A DNA stretch of 64,000 nt from positions 7,563 to 71,562 of the forward strand of contig CAAFPW010000002.1 in the NCBI GenBank assembly GCA_900764925.1. Direction: 5' to 3'. The notes beneath the pieces were generated by a model that made no database searches, was not told the origin of the DNA, and worked only from the letters and a program-made list of their open reading frames with translations. The DNA comes from Fusobacteriaceae bacterium. GTDB taxonomy: Bacteria; Fusobacteriota; Fusobacteriia; Fusobacteriales; Fusobacteriaceae. The translations under genes and the position numbers were made by a program. Shown piece after piece: positions 61,797-64,000 of the stretch; position 1 is the stretch's first letter, and each line of letters opens with the position of its first letter.

Positions 61797-63437
61797 TTAT
61801 ACTCTTTTCCAGCTCAGTCTAAATTCTCTCTTATGGAAAGCCATTCCAATATAGTAAATATTTTCTATTCCTCTTTCTTTCAATTCTATACCATAGTTAT
61901 TCTTTTCTATTTGAATTAGAGCCTCTCTACTCTCCTCTTCCAATCTATCCTTGCTATTTGGTGCCTTAAACTCTATCACAAAACCATTCTTACTCTTCTC
62001 CTTTGGCTCTAGCAATAGATCATATCTTCCTCTACCACTCTCTCTATTGGAATGTATATAGTACTCTCTTCTCAGAGCTAACATCATCCCTAAGATAAAT
62101 ACATGGTAATAAGCTTCATCTGCATTGGCATTGAAATCAAAACAGCTTACACTACTTAACATTATCCTTTCTAACTCATAGGTAAAGTTATCAAAATCCC
62201 CTTTTAAAAAATAATCTAGTATATCATTAAAATTTCTTCTATCTCCTATAAAGTTTTTGATAAAATCTCTCTCAAAAAAATAGTATATCTCTTCATTTGG
62301 AATCTTCAATGAATACTCATCAAAATCTATCTCATCTACAACTGTTAAATAACCTGCATTTATTAACAGATACCATATCTGCTCAGAGCTTCTTAACTCA
62401 TTAAAATTAGAATATATATCTATTGTTTTCTCTATTACATCCCCTTGAAATAGCTTTGCTAAGTCCTCAACTATCCCTGTATCTGCTTCTTTTAAAACCT
62501 TGTTGATAAGAGTATTATTTGATGTATTTACCCAATAAGGCATTATTTTCCCTCTATCTAAATAGCTAGTTATACTAAATGGATTATATACCCTTGTTCC
62601 TCCAAAGTTATATCCATTATACCAAGTCTGTATCTCTTTTAATTTATACTCTATTCCATACTCTTTCAGAGATTCTTCTACCTCTTTCTCTGTAAGTCCA
62701 AAATACTTTGAAAAACTACTTTCCAATATAGAGTTTACTTTGATATTGTTCAGTCCTGAAAATATATTCTCCTTAGATATTCTCATTATCCCTGTAAGTA
62801 CTGCTTTCTTCAGTGAAAGATTTCCCTTTAATACACTTCCATACATAGTTGTAAAGAATGTTTTTATCTCCTCATAGTACCCATACTCATAGGCAGAAAT
62901 TATCGGGGTATCATATTCATCTATCAATAGAATTACCTCTTGATTATAGTATTCTTTTAAATATTTACATAGATTTAATAATGCACTTTTTAAATTACTC
63001 TCATCTTTCTTTAACCAAATCTCATCAAAGCTTATAAGGTTACTTTGATTTAAATTTTTTCTAATATATTCAAAATTATCATAGAGTTCTTTCATAAGTG
63101 ATTTTATACTCTCAATCATCTCTGAACTACTTGTAGCCTTAATATCTTTAAATGAAATAAATATTACTGGATATTTTCCTTGCTCTAAAAATATTGGAGA
63201 TTTCTCTATATATAGATTACTAAATAGTTTTCTATTTTCTTCTCTATTCTCTATACTATAAAAATATTTCAACATTGACATATTTAGGGTTTTTCCAAAT
63301 CTTCTTGGTCTGGTTATCAATTGTACTTCTGTTGGATTTTTCTCTATCTCCTCTATAAATTTTGTCTTGTCAATATAAAAGCTGTTTGTTAATATTATTT
63401 TTTTAAAATCATCTATTCCTATTCCAATTGGTTTCAT
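61797..63437 (-). CDS. AAA-ATPase-like protein with C-terminal PD-(D/E)XK nuclease (PF09820/PF08011-type)
   Basis: IGIDDF, YIDKT, RPRRFGKT, LIDEYD, WYNGY, YNP, SNRESGRGRYD, IEFK, ALIQI...Y. ATG 63437 after RBS (track start 63461). Confidence 0.9.
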   Translation of the reverse strand: MKPIGIGIDDFKKIILTNSFYIDKTKFIEEIEKNPTEVQLITRPRRFGKTLNMSMLKYFYSIENREENRKLFSNLYIEKSPIFLEQGKYPVIFISFKDIKATSSSEMIESIKSLMKELYDNFEYIRKNLNQSNLISFDEIWLKKDESNLKSALLNLCKYLKEYYNQEVILLIDEYDTPIISAYEYGYYEEIKTFFTTMYGSVLKGNLSLKKAVLTGIMRISKENIFSGLNNIKVNSILESSFSKYFGLTEKEVEESLKEYGIEYKLKEIQTWYNGYNFGGTRVYNPFSITSYLDRGKIMPYWVNTSNNTLINKVLKEADTGIVEDLAKLFQGDVIEKTIDIYSNFNELRSSEQIWYLLINAGYLTVVDEIDFDEYSLKIPNEEIYYFFERDFIKNFIGDRRNFNDILDYFLKGDFDNFTYELERIMLSSVSCFDFNANADEAYYHVFILGMMLALRREYYIHSNRESGRGRYDLLLEPKEKSKNGFVIEFKAPNSKDRLEEESREALIQIEKNNYGIELKERGIENIYYIGMAFHKREFRLSWKRV

Positions 63438-63516
63438 ACTCTCCCTCCAATCTCTATCCATATTCTATTCATCTATATTATACCATTTTTTATAGAAAAT
63501 AGTAACAAACAAAAAA

Positions 63517-63540
63517 AGTACCTGTTTTTACACAGGTACT
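63517..63540 (-). terminator. Terminator after porin gene
   Basis: AGTACCTGT...ACAGGTACT stem followed by U7 on the minus strand. Confidence 0.78.
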
Positions 63541-63580
63541 AAAAATCTTATTTAATTTTTATACAACTATTGAGCTAAAA

Positions 63581-64000
63581 CTAGAATGTAGTTTTGAATC
63601 CAGCCCAAGCAGTTGGTTGCCATCTCCAGTGAGAAGCTGAATTTTGATTAGATACTGTCCAATCTCTATATTCTGCCCCTACTGCTGCATATACAGTTAC
63701 AAACTCAGTTGCTTGATAATTTAATTGAATATATGGTAATGCATATAATGAATAATTTGCATTATCTCTTTCTGTTGATCCAAATTGTTTTTCTTGTGAC
63801 CAGTTATAAGCATCATATCCACCTTCAAATCCGAAATCAACTGAATAGTTTCCATTTGTATAAAGGTTAGTTGTATTATAGATATATGCTTCCATATCTA
63901 AAGTAAAGTTTTTATCTTCTAATTTTCTTCCACCATCAAATGCTTGATCCTCTCCATAGAAATGTTGAGTAGCATATAAATTAAATTCAGCTGAGAATCC
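63581..64000 (-). CDS. fomA: FomA-like outer-membrane porin (3' part; start outside window)
   Basis: Frame is open to the window edge (GFSAEFNLY...); EGGYDAY, GAEYR, WRWQPTAWAGFKTTF C-terminus ending in Phe. Confidence 0.8.
   Translation of the reverse strand, partial: GFSAEFNLYATQHFYGEDQAFDGGRKLEDKNFTLDMEAYIYNTTNLYTNGNYSVDFGFEGGYDAYNWSQEKQFGSTERDNANYSLYALPYIQLNYQATEFVTVYAAVGAEYRDWTVSNQNSASHWRWQPTAWAGFKTTF

Overview
This is a 64-kb AT-rich chromosomal segment, most likely from a Fusobacterium or relative. That call rests on a FomA-type porin C-terminus and lpxK co-occurring with whiA, sepF and smc/scpA. Most of it is core housekeeping: corA, murJ, scpA, ribF, whiA, polA, ssb, aroK, alr, sepF, yggS, hemW, pgm, gltS, mgtE, rsmB, smc, lpxK, nadD, lysS, rlmH, mutL, recJ and rbr. 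The best candidate for an uncharacterised system is a ~13.2-kb, tightly packed minus-strand operon (9873-23089) between ssb and an AbgT transporter. It encodes two paralogous DUF4132-like proteins with divergent N-termini, a YehL-type MoxR AAA+ ATPase, a YehM/DUF5682-like protein with putative metallohydrolase motifs, a VWA/MIDAS protein, a double-SWIM Zn-finger protein, a small helical protein resembling a SWIM-protein segment, and a HAD hydrolase. Other notable items: (1) a dispersed nested-palindrome intergenic element (MITE/REPIN-like) in two copies, 50184-50333 and a deleted inverted copy at 41561-41645; (2) an orphan adenine methyltransferase coupled to murJ; (3) a TPR protein with a catalytically degenerate lytic transglycosylase domain; (4) RecJ with a degenerate helicase-like tail; (5) an 18-bp tandem duplication in mutL; (6) a PerR-like box before rubrerythrin. 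I saw no rRNA, tRNA, CRISPR array or transposase. All family assignments come from motif recognition by eye; no database searches were run.
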